Of a stretch of 59,194 nucleotides of DNA, positions 44,258 to 53,301 are shown piece after piece (position 1 is the first letter of the stretch; every line of letters begins with the position of its first letter). The notes below the pieces were generated by a model, which saw only the letters and a program-made list of their open reading frames with translations, was not told the origin of the DNA and did no database searches. The stretch is from positions 1-59,194 of the forward strand of contig JBBTST010000011.1 of the NCBI GenBank assembly GCA_038064575.1, in the 5' to 3' direction. The position numbers were made by a program, and so were the translations under genes. The DNA comes from Patescibacteria group bacterium (lineage in GTDB: Bacteria; Patescibacteriota; WWE3; UBA101185; 2-01-FULL-41-18).

Positions 44258-45343
44258 TTAGTTATCGCTAAACAGCAGTTTTTGTATGTAACCGTGAATT
44301 TGTGAGTAGTCCCCTGTCTTTGGAATTAAAACATAAGCCCCGCCGTACAATGTAGAATCTTCAGGTTTATACAATAGCCCACCCGAATCTATATTACTTC
44401 TGTCATCCAAAACAACCGATCGATTTTTAGAAAGGTTTACACTTCTAATAAGCTCATAAAACTTTTGCCCCTCTACAAAACCTACGTTAGTTTCAACAGA
44501 GTCCCTATAGGAATCATATAAATCTTTCATTTTTACAGGATTTGCCAGTACCTCTAAAGATAAGACTTTTTTCCAAACTGCATTAATAACTTTCTGTTGC
44601 CTTTTTGCTCTGGCAAAGTCTGTACCTTCCCCATTTGTTCCTTTTCTGGAACGGGAGTATATAAGCGCCGTCTTGGCATCCATCTTTTGAAACCCCTGTT
44701 CAAACCTAACATGTAAATATCTAAGCGCTTCAGGATAAGCATTTTCCATTCCTTCAATGGGATAATCGTAATCATCAAAAGCATGTTCAACATCAATCTC
44801 AATTCCACCTAAAATGTCTATGATTTTTTCAAAAAGTCTGAAATCTACTACAGCATAATAATGGATTGGTATACCAAGCACATCAGAAACAACTTTCACT
44901 GCATCCTCTCTTCCACTAAGAGCATAAACTGCATTTATTTTAGAAAAGGATCCTGATGGAGCTTTAACCCAAAGATCACGAGGCATAGAAATCATAACTA
45001 AATCTTTGGAAAACTTGCCAACAGACAAAACAAGAATAGTATCTGTAAGACCCGGGGAGGAATCGGCAATCCTTCTATCAACACCAAAAAGAACAACATT
45101 AACTCTTCCATCAGCTGAGGTAAGAGGCGTAGAGCTAACAAGGTTGGTAACAAGTGAAACAGGATTTAGAAGCGCCGCCACTCCTTTGGATCTCACTGCA
45201 AAGAGAAATGCTGCTCCAAAAAGCATTAAGAAGCCAAAAATAAGGGGTAGAATAATTCTTACTCTAACTTTCTTCTTCTCTTTTCTTTTTTCATTGAGGG
45301 CATTAACCGCTCCAAGATCAACATATCTCATATCATTTAACAC
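44258..45343 (-). CDS. LytR-CpsA-Psr (LCP) family cell-envelope phosphotransferase
   Basis: A TM anchor followed by 'NVVLFGVDRR...GLTDTILVLSV' and 'ISMPRDLWV'. Confidence 0.8.
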   Translation of the reverse strand: MLNDMRYVDLGAVNALNEKRKEKKKVRVRIILPLIFGFLMLFGAAFLFAVRSKGVAALLNPVSLVTNLVSSTPLTSADGRVNVVLFGVDRRIADSSPGLTDTILVLSVGKFSKDLVMISMPRDLWVKAPSGSFSKINAVYALSGREDAVKVVSDVLGIPIHYYAVVDFRLFEKIIDILGGIEIDVEHAFDDYDYPIEGMENAYPEALRYLHVRFEQGFQKMDAKTALIYSRSRKGTNGEGTDFARAKRQQKVINAVWKKVLSLEVLANPVKMKDLYDSYRDSVETNVGFVEGQKFYELIRSVNLSKNRSVVLDDRSNIDSGGLLYKPEDSTLYGGAYVLIPKTGDYSQIHGYIQKLLFSDN

Positions 45344-45998
45344 TTTTTAAAAGTGCATTAAACGTCTTGGCTTCAAGACTTGCTTTACCCACAAGAAAAC
45401 CATTAAAGTGCGCTCTATCATACAAAGCGCTTACATTATCCGGGTTTGCAGAGCCTCCATAAACCACTACTCTATCCCCTACTAACGCCTTTATCTTTTT
45501 TGAGGTCTCTATAATCTCATCTAAAGGCGTTTCACTATAAACACCTTCCTTTGAGATGGCTTTTGGGTCCTCCCATACCAATACAGCCTTTTCAGGCCAA
45601 TTCTGCTGAAAATTCTCGTAAGTTTTGAGGCAAAGTATTGGATTTATTCCATGTCTTAGACAGACTTCCACTTTTTCCTGTGTTTGATATAAGGGTTCAG
45701 ACCTCTCACTATGTCCAATTATTGAGAAGGTACCAAAATCTTTGAGCTGAAGCACTGAAACTTCACCGGTATGGGAGCCTTCTTCAAAAACTGAAATATC
45801 CTGGGACCCTACAAACACATTTGTTAAGTTAAACGACTCAATAAGACTTTTGACAAGAGGAAGATAAGGATAAGAGGGACAAATAACAACAATCTGATTA
45901 ACAGCCGACTGGTAAAGTAAAGAGAATTCCTCAAACCAAGAAAGAATTTGGCTAGATGTTTTATTTTGTTTCCAGTTTGCTATTAGATAATTTTTCAT
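45333..45998 (-). CDS. tpiA: Triosephosphate isomerase
   Basis: 'IANWKQN', 'IIGHSERS' and 'VVYGGSANPDN'. Confidence 0.85.
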   Translation of the reverse strand: MKNYLIANWKQNKTSSQILSWFEEFSLLYQSAVNQIVVICPSYPYLPLVKSLIESFNLTNVFVGSQDISVFEEGSHTGEVSVLQLKDFGTFSIIGHSERSEPLYQTQEKVEVCLRHGINPILCLKTYENFQQNWPEKAVLVWEDPKAISKEGVYSETPLDEIIETSKKIKALVGDRVVVYGGSANPDNVSALYDRAHFNGFLVGKASLEAKTFNALLKSVK

Positions 45999-46839
45999 AT
46001 ATAAAATTTGTGGTTGAGTTTACAAGTATTGGGAGGTTTTCTAAATCTCCGTGGTTATAATCGTAACCAAGAGTGTTCAAACATGCAAATACTAAAGATA
46101 GATCGGAATAAATTGGATCGGCAAACTTGCAGGCTACCAAACAGTGTGTAAAGACATCCCCCCCGCTTTCTCCAACCTTTGAATCCTTACAGCCCATAGG
46201 ACAGCCGGAGCAGGAGGCATTATTTGAAGGCTCTATAAGAAGCATTTTTACCTTTGACAGAATTTCCAAGTAAAGCTTTTCATATTTTGGGTTTAGCATA
46301 GTTTGTGTTTCTTCCGTTCCTGAAACAGTGATAGCAACAACACCTTTTGCCTGTAGTTTCTCAGAAAGCGCGTTACCACCAAAAGCAAAAACTCCATCTG
46401 TTAGAAACTGTTTGTGCTTTGAGTCAACAGACATAACACATCTTTTGCCCGGGGTTCCAACAGAAAACGGGTCCGTTGAGGCATTGTAAAAGTTTACCTC
46501 TCTTCCTGCGATTGAGATCACAACAGGGGCTTTAGCAGAACCTTCTAAAACTATGGCGTCAAAAGAAGAAAACTGTAATCTTGTTGATAACTTACCCCCT
46601 ACATAAACATCATGAAATGAAAAGTCTTCAACAAAAGAGGCACAAGTCTTTGAAACAAATGGGAAGAAACCGTTCAGAGGCCCCACAGAGAATACAACCG
46701 GATCAAAATCAAGCCTCTCCTTTGTCAAAAAAGAGGCAAAGCCTACACCCCCAACAAATTTGTGAATATCATCATATGATTTGGTGGTAGCCAACCTTTT
46801 TGTCAAATCTATATGAAGAATTACTTTATTAATCCCCAT
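45961..46839 (-). CDS. Truncated aldehyde:ferredoxin oxidoreductase (AOR)-like protein: AOR N-domain plus the CxxCxxxC cluster motif only
   Basis: 'NKVILHIDL...FVGGVGF...VGPLNG...FDAIVLEGSAKAPVVI...VVAITVSGT' follows the AOR N-terminal domain, then 'CSGCPMGC'. The protein ends at about 292 aa, so the pterin-binding C-terminal half is absent. The start is at the ATG at 46839. Confidence 0.5.
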   Translation of the reverse strand: MGINKVILHIDLTKRLATTKSYDDIHKFVGGVGFASFLTKERLDFDPVVFSVGPLNGFFPFVSKTCASFVEDFSFHDVYVGGKLSTRLQFSSFDAIVLEGSAKAPVVISIAGREVNFYNASTDPFSVGTPGKRCVMSVDSKHKQFLTDGVFAFGGNALSEKLQAKGVVAITVSGTEETQTMLNPKYEKLYLEILSKVKMLLIEPSNNASCSGCPMGCKDSKVGESGGDVFTHCLVACKFADPIYSDLSLVFACLNTLGYDYNHGDLENLPILVNSTTNFIYEKLSNSKLETK

Positions 46840-47113
46840 TAGATTCTCCTTCAAGCATATACTCCAGCTCAGATAAATCTTCCGTGTCATCAACAGAAAA
46901 ACAATCTTTGGGACAAATCCCAGCAATCTTGTCTATTTCAAGGTCATTAACCGATGGGTCCAAATGAATTTTAAAAGGCTTGTCTTTACCCAAAATCTTA
47001 ACTGGCGAGCCCGAAATACCAACTCTCCCACAAAGCCTGTTAGCCACAAAAGCACAAAGTTCACAACCTATACATTTATCAGGGTTTGTTACTCTCAAAA
47101 TTTTCCTGGTCAT
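46829..47113 (-). CDS. Small 4Fe-4S ferredoxin-like protein
   Basis: 'CIGCELC' plus a distal 'ICPKDC' (Cys-Pro), and an acidic C-terminal tail. It overlaps pgk (35 nt) and the AOR-like gene (11 nt). Confidence 0.6.
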   Translation of the reverse strand: MTRKILRVTNPDKCIGCELCAFVANRLCGRVGISGSPVKILGKDKPFKIHLDPSVNDLEIDKIAGICPKDCFSVDDTEDLSELEYMLEGESNGD

Positions 47114-48143
47114 AATAACCTAACTCCTCAAGTCCGGGAAGTATCCTACCTGAGATAAACTCAAGCATAGCACCACCACCCACAGATACAAATTTCATTC
47201 TGGGCATTAGTCCAGCCTTGTTCAAAGCGTCTATTGTATCACCACCGCCAACTACTGAAAAAGCAGCCGAGTCAGCCACCGCCTGAGCTATTTTTAGAGT
47301 TCCTGAAAAATAAGAGTCGTTTTCAAATTTTCCCATAGGCCCATTCCAAACTATGGTTTTTGCAATTTTGATAACACTTTCAAACATGGTGATAGTTTTT
47401 GGCCCAATATCTTCCTCAGCACCTACATAGTCAACCGGAGTTATTATTTTATTGTTTGTATCCCCTTCATAATAAATACCAAGCTTTCCTCCAAGAAGTA
47501 TGTAATCAGCAACCTGCAAGAATTTAGATATAACGGGAAGTTTTGTCTCAAGCTTGATTCCACCAAAAATACAAACAACGGGAGCCTCGGGTTCAACAAG
47601 TACTCTTGAAAGAGTTTCCACTTCCAGCTGAAGTCTTAAGCCGGCAAAGGACTTTACATATTGTGGAATCCCGTCTATGGAAGCATGTGCTCTGTGAGAA
47701 GTGGAAAAGCATTCATTCACATAAAGGTCAGCAACCGAAGCCAAGTCCTTTGCAAAAAGCACGTCATTCCCCTCTTCCCTCTTATCAAATCTTAAATTTT
47801 CAAGCATTAGAATTTCTCCATTGGTAAGAATTTCTAAATTTGCGTGCAGATCAGGACCAAGAATAGTGTTTAGCTTGATAACACTAAAACCAAGCTGCCT
47901 CAAATAGTCTGCAACAGGATCAAGTCTTAACAACTCAACTACTTTTCCGTCAGGCCTTCCAAGATGTCCAATAAGTATAATTTTTGCATCTCTTATAACC
48001 AGGTATTCAAGGGTTTCACGCATAGCTTCCAAACGAGACCCGTCAGCCACGCGACCGTCAACAATTGGAACATCAAGATCCCCTCTCACAAGAACTTTTT
48101 TCCCTTGGAGCAGAATCTTATTAAGAAGATTAATTGAATCCAT
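47079..48143 (-). CDS. pgk: Phosphoglycerate kinase
   Basis: 'VRGDLDVP', 'GHLGRP' and 'VVGGGDTIDAL'. At 354 aa it is on the short side. Confidence 0.9.
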   Translation of the reverse strand: MDSINLLNKILLQGKKVLVRGDLDVPIVDGRVADGSRLEAMRETLEYLVIRDAKIILIGHLGRPDGKVVELLRLDPVADYLRQLGFSVIKLNTILGPDLHANLEILTNGEILMLENLRFDKREEGNDVLFAKDLASVADLYVNECFSTSHRAHASIDGIPQYVKSFAGLRLQLEVETLSRVLVEPEAPVVCIFGGIKLETKLPVISKFLQVADYILLGGKLGIYYEGDTNNKIITPVDYVGAEEDIGPKTITMFESVIKIAKTIVWNGPMGKFENDSYFSGTLKIAQAVADSAAFSVVGGGDTIDALNKAGLMPRMKFVSVGGGAMLEFISGRILPGLEELGYYDQENFESNKP

Positions 48144-48176
48144 AGCTATTTTTATTCTAGCAGATTATAGTATATC

Positions 48177-49265
48177 TTAGTTATGAGCGCCTATTTTAAC
48201 AGCCAATTCAACCAGCCTGTTGGAATATCCCCATTCGTTGTCATACCAGGCTACAACTTTTAATAAATCCCCCGCTATAACCTTGGTTAAGGAAAGGTCA
48301 ACAATTGAAGAAAAAGCTGACCCAACAATGTCAGAGGAAACCAGTGGTTCGTATGTTGCATGCAAAACACCTTTATATAACGGCTCCTCCTTTGCTTTTA
48401 GGAATCTCTCATTTACTTCCTCAACAGTTACCACTCTTTTAAGAAGCATTGTAAAGTCTGATAAAGAACCTACAGCTATGGGAGCTCTGACTGACAAACC
48501 ATCAAACAGGCCTTTAAGCTCGGGAATTACTTCTGTTGTTGAGATTGCAGCACCCGTTGTTGTTGGGACCAGATTAAATCCTGCGGCTCTGGCTCTTCTT
48601 AAATCCGGGTGTAGCGGGGGTGGTGGAGAATCCACTAGATTTTGTTCCGCTGTAATAGCATGAATTGTTGTCATAGAAGCCTTAACTATGCCAAAAGTGG
48701 CGTGGATTATTGACGCAACAGGAGAAATACAATTTGTAGTACAAGACGCATTTGATACCACTGCTTCACCTTTGTAATCCTGGGAGTTGACCCCTAATAG
48801 ATATGTTTGAGTGTTACCTCCTTTTGTAGGAGCAGAAACAACAACTTTTTTAGCTCCCGATTTTATATGCACTTCAGAAGCCCCGTCTTCCGTAAATCGC
48901 CCCGTACACTCCAAAACAACATCAACACCAAGTTCACCCCATGGCAGAAGCGAAGGGTCTTTTTGCGCCAACACCCTTATTCTTTTACCATTGACTATCA
49001 GATAATCATCACTCCCTTCAACTTTTGTTAAATGTGATTTTGGAGTTGCATTTCCTTCAATGTGAACTATAGTTGCCTTCTCTTCAACAGCTACTTCTTT
49101 ATGATAAACACCATAATTTGAATCGTACTTTAATAGATGGGCTAAAATCTTGGGGTCAGTCAGATCATTTATTGCTACTAGCTCAACATCACTTCTATCA
49201 GAAGCTATCTTAAAAGCAGCGCGGCCTATTCGACCAAAGCCATTTATGGCAAGTTTGATGGGCAT
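48177..49265 (-). CDS. gap: Glyceraldehyde-3-phosphate dehydrogenase (type I)
   Basis: 'INGFGRIGR', 'SNASCTTNC' and 'WYDNEWGYS'. Confidence 0.95.
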   Translation of the reverse strand: MPIKLAINGFGRIGRAAFKIASDRSDVELVAINDLTDPKILAHLLKYDSNYGVYHKEVAVEEKATIVHIEGNATPKSHLTKVEGSDDYLIVNGKRIRVLAQKDPSLLPWGELGVDVVLECTGRFTEDGASEVHIKSGAKKVVVSAPTKGGNTQTYLLGVNSQDYKGEAVVSNASCTTNCISPVASIIHATFGIVKASMTTIHAITAEQNLVDSPPPPLHPDLRRARAAGFNLVPTTTGAAISTTEVIPELKGLFDGLSVRAPIAVGSLSDFTMLLKRVVTVEEVNERFLKAKEEPLYKGVLHATYEPLVSSDIVGSAFSSIVDLSLTKVIAGDLLKVVAWYDNEWGYSNRLVELAVKIGAHN

Positions 49266-49275
49266 AATTATGCTT

Positions 49276-49542
49276 TCAGCCTAGTTGGGAATCAAGCCAG
49301 GTTTTAAGCTTATCTTTTGTGACAGCTCCAATTTTTCTGTCAACCTCTTTAGCATCTTTTTGTATCACATAGGTTGGTATGCTCATGACGCCATACTTAC
49401 CAGCCAGATCTTGGTTTTTATCAACATCTACTTTTGAAAATTTAACTTTTCCAGAATAGACTTTCTCAAATTCATCAATAATTGGCTTCATAGCATGGCA
49501 AGGACCACACCATTCTGCATAAAAATCAATAAATTCAATCAT
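49276..49542 (-). CDS. trxA: Thioredoxin
   Basis: A 'WCGPC' active site in an 88-aa protein. Confidence 0.9.
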   Translation of the reverse strand: MIEFIDFYAEWCGPCHAMKPIIDEFEKVYSGKVKFSKVDVDKNQDLAGKYGVMSIPTYVIQKDAKEVDRKIGAVTKDKLKTWLDSQLG

Positions 49543-49593
49543 AAATTAGTACCTTTCGCATTGCATCTTAACATGGTGTTTTTAAAATGAGAA

Positions 49594-49618
49594 GACCCTG
49601 AATAAAAAATTCAGGGTC
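49594..49618 (-). terminator. Hairpin terminator overlapping the stop of ORF 49611-49901
   Basis: Perfect 10-bp stem GACCCTGAAT / ATTCAGGGTC with a 5-nt A loop. On the minus strand it is followed by a moderately T-rich tract. Confidence 0.5.
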
Positions 49619-49901
49619 CTTGTTTTACAGATCTGAAACCTACCAGTAAATCACTGATTGTAGATTCAGTTAACCGCTGGGGCAATTGCGCTTGGTAAGG
49701 AATATAAGAAAGCTGAGGCTTACCCTTTTTTTTACCAATTCCTCTAGCTTGCCATTCACTTATTTTTCTTGCAAGGTCCCTCTGTCCAGTAAACACAACC
49801 ATTCCTTCAAAGGGAGTTCCTACCCAAACATACTCCAACTTTCCTTCCTTAATTCTTGCAATAATAAAATCAAGGGACGCCATCTGGATCAGAAACCACA
49901 T
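49611..49901 (-). CDS. Hypothetical protein
   Basis: 96-aa ORF with AAGGAGAG 5-6 nt upstream of the ATG and its own terminator. I recognise no domain. Confidence 0.45.
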   Translation of the reverse strand: MWFLIQMASLDFIIARIKEGKLEYVWVGTPFEGMVVFTGQRDLARKISEWQARGIGKKKGKPQLSYIPYQAQLPQRLTESTISDLLVGFRSVKQGP

Positions 49902-50045
49902 TGTTCTCTCCTTTTCTTATGGAAAACAGCTGTCATAAAGAATCCAACTGCTGTACATTCTAGTTTTGAATTTTATTTAGTAGTATCATTTTCCATACAA
50001 GTTTTCAACTTGATACGAAGAATAATTATTATCCAAATAAATATA

Positions 50046-51041
50046 ATGAAAAATAAAACTCTTGTTTTTTCACTTGTAGCATCTACAATATTGCCTTTAG
50101 GTTTGGGGACTTTCTTTTTGTTTGCCGGTGCTGCCAATAGCAACAATCTTAGCTTTTTGCATCCAACAGAAAATAAGAAAAAAACCGATTACAAAGAAAC
50201 TTACATTAAAAGTTATTTAAGCTCAAGAAATTCTTCAGATTTGGATTTCTCAGAAAAGACGGTTAATTCCAATGTTAACCCACAGCCAAAAACTAACGCA
50301 CTTAGTGCAATTGCGGTTAGCCTAAACAACAATGCTATTCTGTTTGCTAAAGATTATAAAAGAAAGCTGCCAATTGCTTCTCTTACAAAAATGATGACTG
50401 CCGTTGTTGCCCTTGAACATCAAAATCTTAAGAAAGAGGTTATAGTTTCTCAAAAAGCTGCGAATATTGGAGAAAACGTTATGGGCATCTCAGAAGGAGA
50501 AACTTACACACTTGAGGAGCTCTTGTATGGTCTTTTTTTACATTCAGGAAATGATGCCTCATATGCAATAGCAGGGGACGTAGCAGAAACTTCAGAAGTA
50601 TTCACAAGCTTCATGAATTTTAAGGCAAAGGAATTAAATCTTACAGACACTCATTTTTCTGACCCTAGCGGTTTGGATGATAATAATCAGTCCACAGCAT
50701 ACGATCTTGCTAAACTGACAAAATATGCCCTACAGAACCCTGATTTCAAAAGAATTGTGGCTACAGTAAATTACGTTATCCTGTCCTCTGAAAAGCACAA
50801 ATATTTACCACTTTCCAATCAAACAAACCTGCTTACAACCTACCCGGGGGTGAAAGGCGTTAAAACAGGGTATACAGAAAAGGCAAACATGTGTCTTATA
50901 ACTTATGCAGAAAATAACGGACAGGAAATAATTGGGGTAGTACTCGGCAGCAATAGCAGAAAAGCCGATATGGTTAACATGCTTGATTTCTCATACCAAC
51001 AGTTAGGCATAAAAATACACCACCCACTTTTAGATCTTTAA
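50046..51041 (+). CDS. dacA: D-alanyl-D-alanine carboxypeptidase (S11, PBP5-like)
   Basis: Signal anchor, SxxK in 'ASLTKMMT', SxN in 'HSGND' and KTG in 'KTGYT'. The start is at the ATG at 50046; the track ORF is extended upstream to 49686. Confidence 0.85.
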   Translation: MKNKTLVFSLVASTILPLGLGTFFLFAGAANSNNLSFLHPTENKKKTDYKETYIKSYLSSRNSSDLDFSEKTVNSNVNPQPKTNALSAIAVSLNNNAILFAKDYKRKLPIASLTKMMTAVVALEHQNLKKEVIVSQKAANIGENVMGISEGETYTLEELLYGLFLHSGNDASYAIAGDVAETSEVFTSFMNFKAKELNLTDTHFSDPSGLDDNNQSTAYDLAKLTKYALQNPDFKRIVATVNYVILSSEKHKYLPLSNQTNLLTTYPGVKGVKTGYTEKANMCLITYAENNGQEIIGVVLGSNSRKADMVNMLDFSYQQLGIKIHHPLLDL

Positions 51042-51159
51042 GACACTAAAAACACTTTCAGCTATTGCACCTGCCTACATATAACAGGGCTTGCTGCCAT
51101 TCAGTTTTATAGAGCGTGCAAGATTACCACTTAAAGAGCATTCTGTTAAACTTCACATC

Positions 51160-53091
51160 ATGGATTTGTCCTCACTTAATAAATACCAACTTCCTGCTGT
51201 TTACCATACTGAAGGTCCTGCTTTGGTTGTGGCAGGGCCGGGAAGCGGAAAGACAAGAGTTCTTACCTTCAGAGTGGCAAACTTAATAGAGGCACATAAA
51301 GTTGCCCACTCAAACATTTTAGTTGTAACTTTCACAAATAAGGCTGCAAAAGAAATCAAAGAAAGACTGAATCTTGTCCTTAAAGAACAAAACATCCTCC
51401 CCTGGGCCGGAACATTTCACTCAATATGTTCAAGAATTCTAAGAAAAGACGGCTACAGCATTGGGATAAGTCCATCATTTGTGATCTATGATGATGCTGA
51501 TCAAAAGACTCTGATAAGAAATGTGTTAAAGGAGCTTAATATACCCTCAAATAAAGCAAATCCCTACGCAGTTCTAGGAAGAATAAGCAGCGCAAAAAAC
51601 GAGCTTATAACACCAGAGGAATACAAAAAGTATGCATCTGGGTTTTTTAATGAAATTGTTGCAAAAGCTTATCCTCTCTATCAAAAAAAACTCAAGGATA
51701 ATTTAGCTTTAGATTTTGATGATCTGATAATGGAAACAGTAAGACTTTTTGAAACAGTTCTACAAGTATTAGAAAAATACCAAAATCAATTTCTGTATAT
51801 TTTAATAGACGAGTATCAAGATACTAATAGATCCCAGTACGTGTTATCAAAGCTTTTAGCTCAAAAACATAAAAATATTTTTGTGGTTGGCGACATGGCT
51901 CAGGCAATTTATTCTTTTAGAGGAGCAGATGTTAGAAATATTCTAAACTTTGAAAAAGATTACAAGAATGCCAAAACATACAATCTTGAACAAAATTATA
52001 GATCGACTAAAAATATAATTGAGGCTGCCAAAAACCTGATTTCCAAAAACTCTTCTCATATTCCTTTAAATTTGTGGACAAGCAATGCCGAGGGGGAAAA
52101 GCTAAGCGTGTATCAGGGGTTAAATGAAGTAGATGAAGCCCTTTTCATAACAGGAAAAATAAAAGAGCGCATTTTGGAAGGCGGTTATTCTTTTGCCCAT
52201 TTTTGTGTTTTGTATAGAACTAATGCCCAATCCCGTTCAATTGAAGAAATGTTTTTGAAAGAAGGCATTCCCTACAGATTAATAGGAGGCGTGAGATTTT
52301 ATTCAAGAAAAGAGATTAAAGATTTAATTTCTTATTTGAGAGTGATCTATAATCCCTTTGATAAAGTTTCCTGGGAAAGGGTTATCAACACCCCTCCAAG
52401 AGGAATCGGCAAGAAATCGCAGGAAAGACTGGAAACTGAAAATTATAATTTAGACAAAGTTGAAGCATTAACAAAACTGCCCTTTAAGATTTGGCAGGAA
52501 CAAAAGGAACTGGCTACAACTCTTGAGTTTTTAAATTCTGTTTTAGAAAAAACTAAATATGTTGAATGGGTTGATGATGGGAGCGAAGAAAGCTTATCAA
52601 GAATTGAGAACATTAAGGAGTTAAAGTCTGTTGCAACTCTTTTTCCGCTTTTAGGAGATTTTTTGGATAATGTTTCTTTGGTAGAACAAGATAGCGCAAG
52701 AAGAAACAGCCATGAAAACGATGCGGTAACGCTAATGACAATCCATGCTGCAAAGGGATTGGAATTCCCGGTTGTTTTTTTAGTCGGCATGGAAGAGGGG
52801 TTGTTCCCTCACTCCAGGTCTTTAATGGAAATAAGTGAGTTGGAAGAAGAAAGAAGACTTTGTTATGTGGCAATTACAAGGGCAAAAGAAAAGGTTTTTT
52901 TAACCCACACAAGATCCCGACTCTACTTTGGAAAAGTTCAGGCAATGATAATTTCACGGTTTCTAATTGACATTCCTGAAGAGTTTTTAGACTTTAAATT
53001 AAGTGACCAAGGGCTTTCAAAACCTGTCTTTAACGCTTCCAATTTTGAGATTCAGAAGTTTTTGGATAAACTCGAAGAAGAAAGATTGTAA
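51160..53091 (+). CDS. pcrA: ATP-dependent DNA helicase, UvrD/PcrA family
   Basis: Walker A 'AGPGSGKT', motif II 'DEYQDTN', 'NYRST' and 'MTIHAAKGLEF'. The start is at the ATG at 51160. Confidence 0.9.
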   Translation: MDLSSLNKYQLPAVYHTEGPALVVAGPGSGKTRVLTFRVANLIEAHKVAHSNILVVTFTNKAAKEIKERLNLVLKEQNILPWAGTFHSICSRILRKDGYSIGISPSFVIYDDADQKTLIRNVLKELNIPSNKANPYAVLGRISSAKNELITPEEYKKYASGFFNEIVAKAYPLYQKKLKDNLALDFDDLIMETVRLFETVLQVLEKYQNQFLYILIDEYQDTNRSQYVLSKLLAQKHKNIFVVGDMAQAIYSFRGADVRNILNFEKDYKNAKTYNLEQNYRSTKNIIEAAKNLISKNSSHIPLNLWTSNAEGEKLSVYQGLNEVDEALFITGKIKERILEGGYSFAHFCVLYRTNAQSRSIEEMFLKEGIPYRLIGGVRFYSRKEIKDLISYLRVIYNPFDKVSWERVINTPPRGIGKKSQERLETENYNLDKVEALTKLPFKIWQEQKELATTLEFLNSVLEKTKYVEWVDDGSEESLSRIENIKELKSVATLFPLLGDFLDNVSLVEQDSARRNSHENDAVTLMTIHAAKGLEFPVVFLVGMEEGLFPHSRSLMEISELEEERRLCYVAITRAKEKVFLTHTRSRLYFGKVQAMIISRFLIDIPEEFLDFKLSDQGLSKPVFNASNFEIQKFLDKLEEERL

Positions 53092-53117
53092 CAATCAAAA
53101 AGGGAAGGGAGTAGACT

Positions 53118-53252
53118 ATGAGAAAAAAAAGGAAAGGACCATGGGGGCTCAAGAGATTTCTCCTAAGATTAGCCTGGTGCAAAAGTTGTGATCGACCTTT
53201 CTACAAGTGCCTGCTTGCAGGTCACATCAGGGTGAAATTTAAACCTGAGTAA
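53118..53252 (+). CDS. Small basic Cys-containing ORF (44 aa), hypothetical
   Basis: GGGAG lies 7 nt upstream of the ATG. Translation gives MRKKRKGPWGLKRFLLRLAWCKSCDRPFYKCLLAGHIRVKFKPE. It falls below the ORF-track cutoff. Confidence 0.25.
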   Translation: MRKKRKGPWGLKRFLLRLAWCKSCDRPFYKCLLAGHIRVKFKPE

Positions 53253-53301
53253 TTCAGTACCTTTGGTCGGGATGTATATAAAACAGCCCGACCAAGCATT
53301 T

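Noticed and set aside
49686-50045. 120-codon upstream extension of the D-Ala-D-Ala carboxypeptidase ORF
   Set aside because: The extension is antisense to ORF 49611-49901, which has its own SD and terminator. It is low-complexity. The ATG at 50046 gives a normal signal-anchor N-terminus.
53003-53191. 62-aa track ORF overlapping the helicase 3' end
   Set aside because: Its first 89 nt overlap the conserved helicase C-terminus in another frame. The alternative 44-aa ORF at 53118-53252 has the better ribosome-binding site.
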